From: the human T2T-CHM13v2.0 reference genome, Homo sapiens
DNA length: 64,000 nucleotides
Reading direction: 5' to 3' (one strand)
Assembly (NCBI RefSeq): GCF_009914755.1
Contig: NC_060947.1
This document shows, in pieces, positions 47,777 to 62,283 of this stretch (within the stretch, counting starts at the first letter, position 1; each line of letters begins with the position of its first letter). Position numbers and translations under genes: made by a program. Under the pieces are notes generated by a model. It ran no database searches. It had not been told where the DNA came from and saw only the letters and a program-made list of their open reading frames with translations.

Positions 47777-50285
47777 TGTAAACATTTTTATGGCTTGATA
47801 CAAAAAAAAGGGGGGTGCTGAGTGTGCTATTTTATGAAACTAGCTGAATGTTCAGGCCGACCAAACATTCTGTCTCCTGATGTATGACTTCCACATTATG
47901 GCAGCACTTAAAAATTTTAAACCATCTCTCAGCACCTGTGTGTTTGACACCCACCACACACTATCTAATGCCAAGTCGCAAAGGTTCAACTTTGTAAATC
48001 GAAGGACTGATTCAACTTTGTAAATCAAAGGACTGATTCACAGTTATTTGCCTCTTGTTTCCAGCTGTGGTCTGCATCAGGTCGAAGAAATGTTGTAATA
48101 CACAGAAGCACCACAAGATGACACCCTTGGGAAAGTCTTGCTTTGCAGGTTGGTTTCCCAGCTCTGACGTCTATTCTAAACATAGCCTTACAAAATGCTT
48201 GTGGAAGAGGGAAGAGAATCTATTACTGGGGAGGAAAAACACCAATGACAAAACAACCCTGGCACTTTCCTGAGTTTTGGGATACAGAGTCAAGTCTTGA
48301 TTACTTTCTTCTGCTTCTTAATTATCAGCTTTTGCAGGCAGACACATAGATTTATGTAACACATAAGCATATCTTTCATACACATCTATTTTCTGCCGAT
48401 GCTGATGCTCTATGTGATTTAGAAGCTGCTCATAACTTGGGAGAAGAGCCTTTCTTCTTTTGTATTGTAAGCTTTCACATCCACTTTTTTTATTGCCTCT
48501 GTCCCCTACTTCACTGTCAGTAAGAATATTGGGTTTGCATGGAAACATCATAAAATGCCTTTATGGAAAGAGGAAAGTGTGGTTAGACCAGCTTTTTCTG
48601 CCATGAATATCAGGCCAACTGGAGAGAAGATCAAAGCGAAAGGTGAGGGCAGAGTGGGCTAGGATGGAAAGCGGGATTACTCACTGAAATTGACATGTGT
48701 GTTCAATCCTTTTGCTCCCTCCAAATTTTTCTTAAAAAAGCAATTAAAAAAACCCCATGTTCATGCTACATTAAGCCTCATGTTTCCATTTCTCATTTTA
48801 CTGCTTGAGTGGCACTTGCTATCACTTGGTAAGCTTACTTAAGAGAGGGAACAATGTCGATTAGAATACAGTTGTCTGTGTTGAGTAAGAGCCCTCCGTT
48901 GGTTTGTGGTCTTTGGCAGGCAGCTAGTAAAAATAATAAGCTCTGAACAGATGCCATGTTTCTTTGGCGAATGGTTTTGGCCAGTCTTCTTTTCATTTTT
49001 GTACCTGCAAGTGGAAAATTACTGCTTTAATGAGCTATGTTACCCAGTGGTAAAAATGTTTGAAATTACCCAATGGAGGAAAGCAGTCTTTTGAAAGATT
49101 TGTGAGAAGAGGTAATACAAAACCCCAACAAATTCCACTGGGAAATTCTTTTCTTACATTTTATTTCAAGGATAGTTCTGCTAGAAACCTGTATTTCTGA
49201 GCAAAGAGCTGTGAAACTGAATTCCAAACTAGTTACAACTGTGGGGAACAAGGCACATAGTCATTTAGAGAGCATCTTTCCTGGCCTGGCTCTGTGCTGG
49301 GCATTACTGGCAATGCAGGGATTAAAACGACACTGTTTCTCTCCTCTGGGAGCTTCCAACCTAATGGGAAAGACAAACATACAGAGACCCCATGTTATGC
49401 CTGGAATTATAGTTGAGTGCCAAGAGCAAAATAAAATAAAAGTACAGCTCTGCTTGGCTGGGTCTGGCTGCAGCAACTCAAAATCTACTAATATGCAGAC
49501 GTTCGCAAAGTCAAATTATCTTTTGTCCTTGAAATCTAAGTAGCTGGCTGGATGTGGGTTATTTTTTTTCCTTCTTTTTAATACTTTTCTGTTCTTTGTT
49601 GTATTTCTAAAATAAGCATGTTTAGTTTGTTGTTGTTTTTTTTTTTTTTGCCCTCTTCATAAAAGCAAGTTGAGTCTGAAAAGGAAAATGTACACTTTTT
49701 TTGGGTAATAGTCATAATAATGTTACAAAAGCAAACATTTCCGTAGTGGTTACTATGGTGCCAGGTACTGTTCTAAGTGCTTTTATATATCAACTCATTT
49801 TAGTCCTCACAACCACCCTATGAGAGAGGTGCTATTATTACACCCATTTTATAGAGGAACATATGGAGGAAAGGTAACTTGCCCAAGGTTACGCAAGGAG
49901 TTAAGTGGCTGAGCAGGCTGGCTCCAGAGTCCAAGCTGCCTAATTTACATTCGGAAGGAAGAGTTTTTTCGCCTAAATTAATTTCCCATGTAACTGATGC
50001 TTGTCATCTGTCTCGGGATTGGGCTGGGAGAGAAATGATTTTTGAGAGCAGGATTGGGCTGGCGGGGAGATGCTGGGATTGGAAAGTTAGACCCAAATAT
50101 GGTTCAGGCACTCAGAGAAGCCTCCAAGTGTTGACCAAAGAGTTTCCAGCTGGTTGGCCTAGACTGGCCTAAAGGGCTTGGGGAAATAGAGTCCTTCTCT
50201 AGAAAAGCAGCTGACCCAGTAAGGGAGCATGGAGAAGTGGTTGTAGCAGTGGGAAGGCGGGCAGAGGATCCTGGAGAAAGAGATT

Positions 50286-50608
50286 GGGGGTTAGGGGTGA
50301 GGTTAGGGTTAGGAGTTAGGGTTAGGGTTGGGGATTAAGGTTAGGCATTGGAGTTACATGTTAGGGTTGGGTTTGGGGGGTTAGGGTTAGGTAGTAGGGA
50401 TTGGAGTTATGTGATAGAATGTGGGGTTAGTGTTGTGGTGGAGTTTGGTGTTTGGGTTAGGGTTAAGGGTTTGAGCAACCATTAGGGCTAGGATTTAGGG
50501 TGATTTTTAGGAGTTTAGATTAGGGTTAGCATTAGGATTTCAAGTTTGGTCTAGGGCTAGAGGATAGGGATTAGGGTTAGGAGTTATGATTAGTGTTTGG
50601 GTCAGGGC
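50286..50608 (+). repeat. Degenerate interstitial telomeric repeat (TTAGGG)n
   Basis: Many exact TTAGGG hexamers mixed with TTAGGA/TTGGGG/CTAGGG variants, strongly G/T-skewed. Confidence 0.85.
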
Positions 50609-50981
50609 AGGCAGTCAACATACAGCTCTTTTGAGAGGCTGAAAGTGCTGGTCACTTGGCTAGGGTTTGGCAAAAGATATTAGAATCTGGGAGAGTGATT
50701 TTCAAGAGTAAAGCAAGAGTCAAGCCTACAAGGAGCTCTGAGTTACAGCCCAAATGAGATTCCCTGAACAGAAAGACAACAGGACCAAAGAAGACTCCGT
50801 ATAACAGGAGCTGGGCTTGGGTTTGGGGGAGGAGCTATGACCAGGCAGTGCCAGGGCGTAAAGGAAAAGTTCAGGAATCATAACTGGGACACAGCCACAG
50901 TCAGGTGACCTGCTACTATAGACATCTTGCAGGATGGGCCCTGGGAACTGAGGGCAGAGTTGAGCTGCAGGGTGAGGTCTA

Positions 50982-51103
50982 GTGTATGTTTATGTAATTT
51001 AATTTTTAATAATGACTGTGTTTAACAACTGGCTTGCAAAATTCCTGATGATTTAACAATCAGCTCTTGCAAGTTGGTGCAAGTCTGTTATAGCATACCG
51101 CTG
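50982..51103 (-). mobile_element. MER63-like hAT fragment
   Basis: TTTAATAATGACTGTGTTTAACAACTGGCTTGCAAAATTCCTGA...TTTAACAATCAGCTCTTGC. Confidence 0.6.
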
Positions 51104-51444
51104 GTCTGAACCCCATAGCCAATCCTTTCTATGACTACCACAGCTGTGTCTACATCATTGAGGCTTCTAGTTACACATGAATACCCAGGAGGGAATTGGT
51201 TTATCAGGTGTTACCCACTGAAAAGGGAAACTTTAGAAGCATCCCAGTCACAACATTTGAATTATGGGCTTTGTAGAAACAGCTGTCCTACTGTTTAGTT
51301 AAAAAAAAAAAGCGAAAGAAATTCCCTTGGTATTGGTATGCATGTAGATGCATGGTCCTTTTGGCTGTGTGAGGATGATGCTGTGGAAGAAGTGTTGCAT
51401 CTCATCATGGTGAAAGATGTGTGCTGAAACCCCCTTCAAGGTGC

Positions 51445-51446
<2 letters not shown>

Positions 51447-51482
<36 letters not shown>
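51447..51482. repeat. (CA)n microsatellite
   Basis: Pure CA run. Confidence 0.95.
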
Positions 51483-51483
<1 letters not shown>

Positions 51484-51526
51484 ATTAGATACTTATTGTC
51501 AGTTGCTGCTTATGCCTGTATTCCTT

Positions 51527-51975
51527 ATGTATCAGTCAGCTACTGCCACAATTATGATGTATAATAAACTACCCCAAAACACATTCATTATGTTAAAACA
51601 ACAATCATTTATTCTTGCTCATGCATCTGTGGATTGGCTTATCTAGGCTAGCCCTGACTGGGCTTGGTTCTAAGGAGCAGGCTGGGCCTAGGTATACTCT
51701 AAGTGCCTCTCATCCTCTTTGCACTAGTAGGATATGTAGGCCATGCTCTGCTCACAAAAATGGCACAGACATAAGTGAACAAGCCCAACTGCGAAGCACA
51801 TTTTAAGCCTCTGCTAACATCCCACTGGCCAAAGGATGTCACATGGCCAAGCCCAGTATCATCAATGAGATGGGGAAGTACACTTTGCTTCTAGTGAGAG
51901 GAATTATAAAGCCACAAGACAGAGGGTATGATGTGGGGAAGGGCAAAGAATTGAGGACAACAATGCAATCTGCTA
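51527..51975 (-). mobile_element. Old MLT1 (J/K-type) LTR
   Basis: TGTATCAGTCAGCTACTGCCACAAT...AACAACAATCATTTATTCTTGCTCA...CCACTGGCCAAAG..GTCACATGGCCAAGCCCA. Confidence 0.65.
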
Positions 51976-52356
51976 TGCCACATGTTTACCAGACTGAATC
52001 ACACAGGAATCAGCTTATGACCCTGAACTCGTGGTTTAAACTTCCGAACGAGTTCTGGACTATATAGGCAAAGAATGGAGAGAATTGCTACTCTAATGTA
52101 TAGTACCACGGGAGACACAGCTTCTCTGATCTAGTATTTGGAGCAAACTTTTCCCAGCTCTTTTAGGCTGTACCATACCTGGGAATATGTTCCTCACTTC
52201 TCCATCATTGCTCAGCTATTCACTTGTCTGGCCATTTTTTTCTGCCCATTTTCTCTGCCATGCTTAGACACACACCTGTCATCCATCTTTCTCCATCCAT
52301 TATGGCTGCCACCACCTCCATCCCAAAGGATGAAGAGAAAAAGCTGGAACTTCTAG

Positions 52357-52825
<469 letters not shown>

Positions 52826-53279
52826 CAATTGCATGTATTTCATAAGATGTTGTGTGGTTGAAATAATAAAGGTAATAAACGTTGTTCACAATTAGCATGA
52901 TGCCTAGCACACAGAAGGGAACTGATACATGTTTTTGGTTGGAAGACAATATCACCAAATATAAGCCTATCTTGGATGGAATTTAGAATCTAGATTGTAA
53001 CTTTAAAACCTAAAATAGACTGTAAGCTATTTTCTTGGGAAAATTCCCACCGTCTTCCAGGAAGGTATAAGTTATCAACCAGTGTTGAGATGACCTTCAT
53101 AGAGAAGTAAGCTCAGCACTTAGGAAAAAGAAAAAAAAGATGACCTTGAACTGCCCTGTGGAAAACTCAGAACTGGTTCCTCTGCACCTGGAGGCCATCC
53201 AAGGGTTATTCTATTCCTAACCTGGTTCTCAGACTTTGCATCATTTCTCCTGCCCATAGCTGGTTTTGTGATTCTGCCC

Positions 53280-53282
<3 letters not shown>

Positions 53283-53330
<48 letters not shown>
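53283..53330. repeat. (CA)n microsatellite
   Basis: CA run. Confidence 0.95.
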
Positions 53331-53951
53331 CCCTCTTCTGCAGATGGCTACATCTCAAGGCCCAGGCAAGGAATTATGGGTGTGATGGCCTTAAAACTTA
53401 ACGTGAATCCTCATTGACAAACCCAGAACAAACCCACCTTCCGCTGCCTTTAGGGGTAATTGTGTCTTATTAAAATATATTGACAGTTGATCTGAACCCA
53501 AGGGAATGTGCCTGTTCGAAATAACCTTTGTCTCTCTACCTCACAAACAATTCAACTCAATGAACACTTATAGGAAGTCATCAAAGACAGAATTAAAGAT
53601 CCAAAGAGAAACATAGGGGTGAGAAAGATTGGAGTATTAAAAGAAGGTCATTGGGCTTTTCAGAGTTGAATCCACTGGCTGGTGGTAAAAAGCTGTAGTG
53701 AAGAATATTCTCCAAGTCCTTCCACCTTGACATTTCTAACTGAACCTACCTCCATCCCACTCATCCATTTAAAAAATATAGAAGGGTTGTAATTTGGTAC
53801 CTGGTAAGTTTTTCTTCTTCTATTCCTCCTTCAGCGAATTTATGATATACAGAGTTTGAAGGTTGCTGGCAGGGGGATGGGAAAATTTGTATCAGAAGGC
53901 CAAGGGCCTTCTGGAAGGAAAGGCACTGTCAGCACCAAGCCTTCTCACTGA

Positions 53952-54580
<629 letters not shown>

Positions 54581-55059
54581 TACATCCCTTCTTTGGCAGC
54601 TATAGGTGGGGACAAGTGGTCCCATCAGCTGCAATGTTCCCCTGGCCTGGTGGTCTGCAGCCAGCTGGTGATGACTGTGGTGTTATCCAATGTCAAGAGG
54701 GTGCTATGAGTTCTGATTCTCACGAAGAGAAGTGGGAATTTTCAGGCTAGGATGCTAAAATTCCCAAGGGGCTCTCAGCACGTAAGAGGACATCGAGGGA
54801 GGGAATAAATGGATTTCTACTAGTCTGGGCAGGTAAGGGCCTAAGCATTGCATTCTGGACAATACTGGGGAGCAGCCTTCACTTGAACTGGAAATCAAGG
54901 TCTGACATCCCAGTTGCACAGTAATATGGGACAAGAAAAGAAATCAATTGAAAACGTTGATATGCTCTCAAATGCTAATGGAGTGCATGCTTATGGCAGA
55001 GGTCTCTGGATTTGACATGTACCTTCATGTTATATTTTTTGAAGTACAGAGATTTTTTG

Positions 55060-57700
55060 TTTTTTTTTTTCTTATTGTGGTAAGAAACACATAACACAAA
55101 ACTTGCCGTCTTAACTTTTTTTAAATTCTTTTTTTAATTTTATGTTAAGTTCTGGGATACATGTGCACGATGTGCAGGTTTGTTACATAGATAAACGTAT
55201 GCCAAGGTGATTTGCTGCCACCTATCAACCCATCACCTAGGTATTAAGCCCAGCATACATTAGCTATTTTACCTGATGCTCTCCCTCCCCCTGCCCCCTC
55301 CCCATAGGCCCCAGTGTGTGATGTTCCCCTTCCTGTGTCCATGTATTCTCATTATTCAGCTCCCACTTATAAGTGAGAACATGCGCTGTTTGGTTTTCTG
55401 TTCCTGCATTTGTTTGCTGAGGATAACGGTTTCCAGCTCCATCCATGTCCCTGACAAGGACATGATCTTGTTCCTTTTTATGGCTGCTTAGTATTCCATG
55501 GTGTATATGTACCACATTTTCTTTATCCAGTCTATCATTGATGGGCATTTAGTTTGAGTCCATGTCTTTGCTATTGTGAATAGTGCTGCAATGAACATAC
55601 ATGTGCACGTATCTTTATAATAGAATGATTTATATTCCTTTGGCTATATACCCAGTAATGGAATTGCTGGGTCAGATGGTATTTCTGGTTCTAGGTCTTT
55701 GAGGAATTGCCACACTCTTCCACAATGGTTGAACTAATTTATATTCTCACCAACAGTGTAAAAGTGTTCCTATTTCTCCACAGCCTTGCCAGAATCTGTT
55801 GTTTCTTGACTTTTTAATAAGTGTCATTCTAACTGGCATGAGATACCGTCTTAATTTTTAAGTGTACAGTTTAGCAGTGTTGAGTATATTCACATTGTTG
55901 TGAAACAGATCTCTAGAACTTTCTAATCTTGCAAAACTGAAACTCCATACAAATTAGACAATTCTCCTCTCCCATTTCCTCCCAGTCCCTGGCAACCATC
56001 ATTCTACTTTGTTTCTATGAATTTGACTACTTGTAGATACTCCACGTAAATAAAATCATACAGTATTTGTCTTTTTGTGATGGACTTATTTCACTATCTT
56101 CAAGGCTCATCTATGTTGTACCGTGTGACAGGATATCCTTCCTTTTTAAGGCAGAATAATATCCATTGTATGCAGATACTATATTCATCCATCGATGGAC
56201 ATTTAGGCTGTTTCCACCTCTTGGCTATTGTGAAAAGTGTTTCTTTGAACAAAGATGTGCAAACATCTCTTTGAGACCATGCTTTCTATTCTTCTGGGTA
56301 TATACCTAGAAGTGGGATTGGTGGGTCATATGGTAGTTCTATTTTTAGGTTTTTGAGGAGCTGCCATACTGTTTGCCATAGTGGTCACACCATTTTGCAA
56401 TCCTATCAACAGCGCACAAGGACTCCTATTTCTCCGTATTCTCACCAACACTTATTTTCTCTTTTTGTTTTTTAATAGTGGCCACTCTAATGGGTAAGAG
56501 GTGATATCTCATTGTGGTTTTGATTTGCATTTCTCTGATGATTCATGACATTGAGCATCTTTTCATATAGCTTGTTGGCCGTTTGTATATGATCTTTGGA
56601 GAAATGTCTATTCGAGTCTTTTGTGCACTTTTTAGTCAGGTTATTTGATTTTTTCTTGTTGTTGAGTTGTAGTTCTGTATGTGTTCTGGATATTAACCCT
56701 TATTAGATATATGATTTGAAAGTACTTTCTCTCATTTCATGGATTGATTTTTCATTCCTTTTATTATTTCCCTTGATGTGCAGAAGTTATGTTTGATGTA
56801 GTCCCATTTGCCTATTTTTCTTTTGTTGCCTGTGCTTTTAGTGTCATATCCAAGAAATCCTTGCCAAATTCAGTGTCATGGAGATTTCCCCCTGTTTTCT
56901 TGTAGGAATTTTCGTTTTTGGTGTTAAATTTGGGTCTTTAATCCATTTTTAGTTAATTTTTGTATGGTGTAACATAAATGTCCAACTTCATTCTTCTGTA
57001 TGTGGATATTCAGTTTTTCCAACCCTATTTGTTAAGAGACTGCCCTTTCCTAATTGAGGGGTTTGGCACTCTTGCCAAAGATCATTTGACCATATATGCA
57101 TGCATTTATTGCTGGGCTCTCTATTCTATTCTATTGGTCTATAGGTCTGTCTTTATGTTAGTGCCACACTGTTTTGATTACTGTAGCTTTGTAATGTTCT
57201 GAAATTAGGAAGCGTGAGTCATCCATATTTGTTCTTTTTCAAAATTGTTTTGGCTATTCAGAGTTCCTTGAGCTTCCATATGAATTTTAGGGTTTTTTTT
57301 TCTATTTCTGCAAAAAAAATTACCATTGGGATTTTGATTTTGATAGGGATTGCATTGAATCTGTAGATCACCGTGGGTAGTATTGGCATCTTAACAATAT
57401 TAAGTTTTCCAATACATGAACATGGGATGTCTTTCCATTTATTCGTGTCTTCTTTAATTTCTTTCATCAATGTTTTGTAGTTTTCAGTGTATAAGTCTTT
57501 CCTTGGTTGCGTTTATTCCCAAATATTTTATTGTTTTGGTGTTATTGTAAATAGAATTGTTTTTTAAATTTCCCTTTCAGATTGTTCATTGTTAGTATGA
57601 GAAACACAACCAATTTTTGTGAGTTGATTTTGTATCCTGCAAATTTGCTGAATTCATTATTTCTAATAGGTTTTTTGTGTAGAATCATTGGAGTTTTAGA
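55060..57700 (-). mobile_element. L1MA/MB fragment (3'UTR and ORF2 3' part)
   Basis: ORF2 remnant [35 protein letters not shown] (57258-57470). Confidence 0.9.
55116..55845 (-). mobile_element. L1PA 3' fragment nested in the older L1
   Basis: AAGTTCTGGGATACATGTGCA...CCCACTTATAAGTGAGAACATGCG; CCGTCTTAA TSD. Confidence 0.9.
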
Positions 57701-57717
57701 GTACAGATTTTTTTTAA

Positions 57718-58014
<297 letters not shown>

Positions 58015-58753
58015 TTTAAAGGCTATCTTAATGTAAGAATAAAATATTAATGTATGACTGGAATTAGGAGTCTCTAGACAGTTCTTGTGAAGGGAAGTTG
58101 AAACTTCACTAGAGAGAAAGCTTTTTCCAAATTCCAGTAACCCTGAAATTCATGGCACCATCTATTTTCCCCTTTCAGATAAAAAAAAAGAGTGGATTAA
58201 TTGTATAACAGTTACCATTGTCCATTATATAATGGAGGGAAGTGGGCTGACTTTGTTAGTTAAGTCTGTTATACTCATGCATGTGACATTTTTGTTTTCA
58301 ATGACATTTCTATTCCCTTACCCTTCTAGGGAGATTTCTGATAACCATAAATAGTTTTCACCATGCCAGTGCAGGATATAAAACACTGCCTCAGGGCTTC
58401 TGGAGATTTCTGATTACAGTAAGTGGATCATACATGGTGTTTCAGTGTCATAATTACAAGAGTAAGAGATGGTGGTACTAGTTAAAGGAAAGGGTACAAC
58501 TTTGAGGATCCTCTTATAGGTCAGTGCCAGGCATTTGCTAATGAGGCTCTTAGACTGTGGAAGAAACATCCAAAATATCATTGCAAAGTAGGAATTTCTG
58601 TTTCAACAGATTCCTTGCCTATGAACATTCTTCAGCTTGGTGATTGCTGACATTAGTGGAGGTAAATGCCCATGTAGAAGAACCAAAAGCATTCTAATTT
58701 TCTACAATTTGAAAGAGGTACTTTTACTTTGGAAAAAAATTCTGAGATACTGA

Positions 58754-59091
<338 letters not shown>

Positions 59092-59392
59092 TTGGGTTAA
59101 TCTTAAACATATGCTCTTCTGAATCCAGCTGAGTTCTTAGTTGCCAACATTAGAATCCACTTTCACTAGTTTAAGGAGTTTATTAAAAATACTAGGTAGC
59201 TTTCAGAGCCTCAGGGAGGGCCAGAGAGCCAGGCTTGGAAGCTACACAGCCAGACACAGCACAGTTAGAGAAATAGGCAAAGCTCCTAACTACTTCATGT
59301 TCAGGTCCAGAGGAACTTCCATGCTTCAGTACTTATGGCTCTAGATACACTACCCAGCTCTGAGTCCCTGGCACTCTGTGCCATTTATCAAC

Positions 59393-59704
59393 TTTATTTA
59401 TTTATTTATTTATTTTTTTGAGATGGAGTCTCACTCTGTCGCCCAGGCTGGAGTGTAGTGGAGCAATCTGGGCTCACTGCAATCTCCGTGTTCCGTCCGG
59501 GTTCAAGCAATTCTCCTGCCTCAGCCTCCCGAGTAGATGGGACTACAGGCATACGCCGTTGCGCCCAGCTGATTTTTGTATTTTTAGTAGAGATGGGTTT
59601 TCACCATGTTGGCCAGGCTGGTCTTAACCTCCTGACCTCAAGTGATCCACCCACCTGGGCCTCCCAAAGTCCTGGGATTACAGGCGTGAGCCACTGCACC
59701 CAGC
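59393..59704 (-). mobile_element. AluS
   Basis: Antisense Alu; CCATTTATCAAC TSD. Confidence 0.93.
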
Positions 59705-60689
59705 TTACCATTTATCAACATTAAAAAAATAAATTTGTACTTGAAACTTTACAATAGTTTTTGATACATAATGAGCTAAGAAATGTCCTTACTAATTGAG
59801 TCCATTTGAATCAGGGCTTTCTGTTACTTGCAGCCAAAATTATCCTAACTGGCAGGCATTCTGGCTCCTATCAGTCGCCCTGGCAGGAGCCAGAGTTGAA
59901 CCCCACCCTAAAACCTCCCTCATGGAAGTTTTGTAGGCAGAGAGGGGTGACAAGTAGCCCCCTGAAGGGACTGTGCCTGAAAGCTGATGAGATTCATCTT
60001 ATAGGTTAGTGCCAGGCATCCCTAACTGATTTGAGTTTGGAGCTGGTTTTGACCACCCCCACACAGAGGCTGCCCTGATGGGCTACTCTCTGAGGGAAAT
60101 AGACTCAAGACTGGAACCCAAACTGCCCAAGGAAAGAGCAAAGGATTACAAATCACCTTGAGCCGATCCAAAGGCAAATTAGGAGGATCCCTTCCAGAGA
60201 GGACACAGCTACACAGCCTGTTCATTTTCTCTCTATTTCTTCATGTAGTCACAGAAACAATCACTTACATAATTTAAAACATAAGTACCACGTTCATCTG
60301 TTCATCTTACTATGGAAACATGAAATCTAACACCACTTCCCACCTTGGAAAGAGAAAAAGAATTGGACTCCAAACTTCAGACTTCCAAATCAGATATCTG
60401 TGCCCTATAGTGTGTCCGTGGAAATCGACTTTGGGTTAAGAGTAGTCTGGTTATCCATCCGTGGTGTTTGCGGAGGTTTCACAAATGCATACACATCCCT
60501 TATCAAGGACTTGCTGGCCAGTCAAATAGTAGACCTTTGTGGGTGAGTCCCTGGTACCTGGCAACAAACTACTCCAATAAGTGATGACATTTTCTGCTGA
60601 CATTTGACCAAACAGCCCTTATTTCCACTGGGATCAGAGATGACTGCCTTTCGTTTGCTTCCCCAAAGTACAGAGAATGAATTATATTT

Positions 60690-61108
60690 GAGTGGCGGTC
60701 ATTGAGGTACACTGCCTAGATATCCCTCCAAGAAAGGACTTCTCATTCAGCTGTAAAGAGCGCAGTTAGCTGTTAGCCCCTTCAGCCAGCAACTGGGTGT
60801 GGTGCGTGGTGCTGGTGGGGGGCACTAGGGCATGGATATTTCTGCCCAACACAAAACTCCTCTCATGGGTTGGCCAAGACTTTGCCAGAGCTACATGGTG
60901 CTCCAAAGCTTTCCGTGCCCAATTATGCTTTCCATGCTTTGCATGCACGTTCATTTTGCAAATGTCAGAGCTGCATCATGGTCTGAAGATTTTTCCTGCC
61001 CAGTCTGGCTTCTTTCCCTTTTATTTTTCACTCTCCCCGCTCCCCAAATCAATCTCTCACACTCCTAACTCTGACTCATCCTTGGCTTTCTCAAGATCCT
61101 CACTGACA
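60690..61108 (+). mobile_element. Old ERVL LTR (LTR33/LTR16-like)
   Basis: GTGGCGGTCATTGAG...AGATATCCCTCCAAGA...TGGTCTGAAG...CCCAAATCAATCTCTCACAC. Confidence 0.5.
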
Positions 61109-61187
61109 TAATTAATATTATCCATTTTCTGCTCATTTCCAGAAAAAAAATGAAATTGTTTTTTCCCTTTCCCTCACATCATGATAG

Positions 61188-61495
<308 letters not shown>

Positions 61496-61776
61496 AGAAA
61501 ACTAATTTTTTTTTTATTCCTTAAAGCCTCACTATTCCTTTGTGTTACTTCTTTTCTCTGTATCTCAAGTTCTATAAAGTGGTGCCCAAATGCCCGCCTT
61601 GGGTTTTGTTATGAAGTATTATGTGATACTGCTTTGACAAGGTCGAACACCAAAAATGAGTTGTTGCTTAGGAAGCAGGTGTGTTCAGTCAGTTAAGATG
61701 GCCCAGCTGGGCCATTATCCACCCTTAGAGTCACAGAATTTTACAGAGAGATCTGAGCATCTTTCTTCGTGGTTTT

Positions 61777-61816
61777 TATTAGGTTAGTGCAAAAGTCACT
61801 GCGGTTTTTGCCATTA
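61777..61816. mobile_element. MADE1 (Hsmar1 TIR) half
   Basis: TATTAGGTTAGTGCAAAAGTCACTGCGGTTTTTGCCATTA matches the Hsmar1/MADE1 terminal repeat. Confidence 0.75.
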
Positions 61817-61916
61817 TGGCACTTTCTTTGGGTCTCAGAGCCCATAATGAAAGCCACTGACCCTCTTCAGTCAAGCTTCAGTACAGTCAGCTTCAGAGCA
61901 TCATCCATGGACCCTA

Positions 61917-62283
<367 letters not shown>

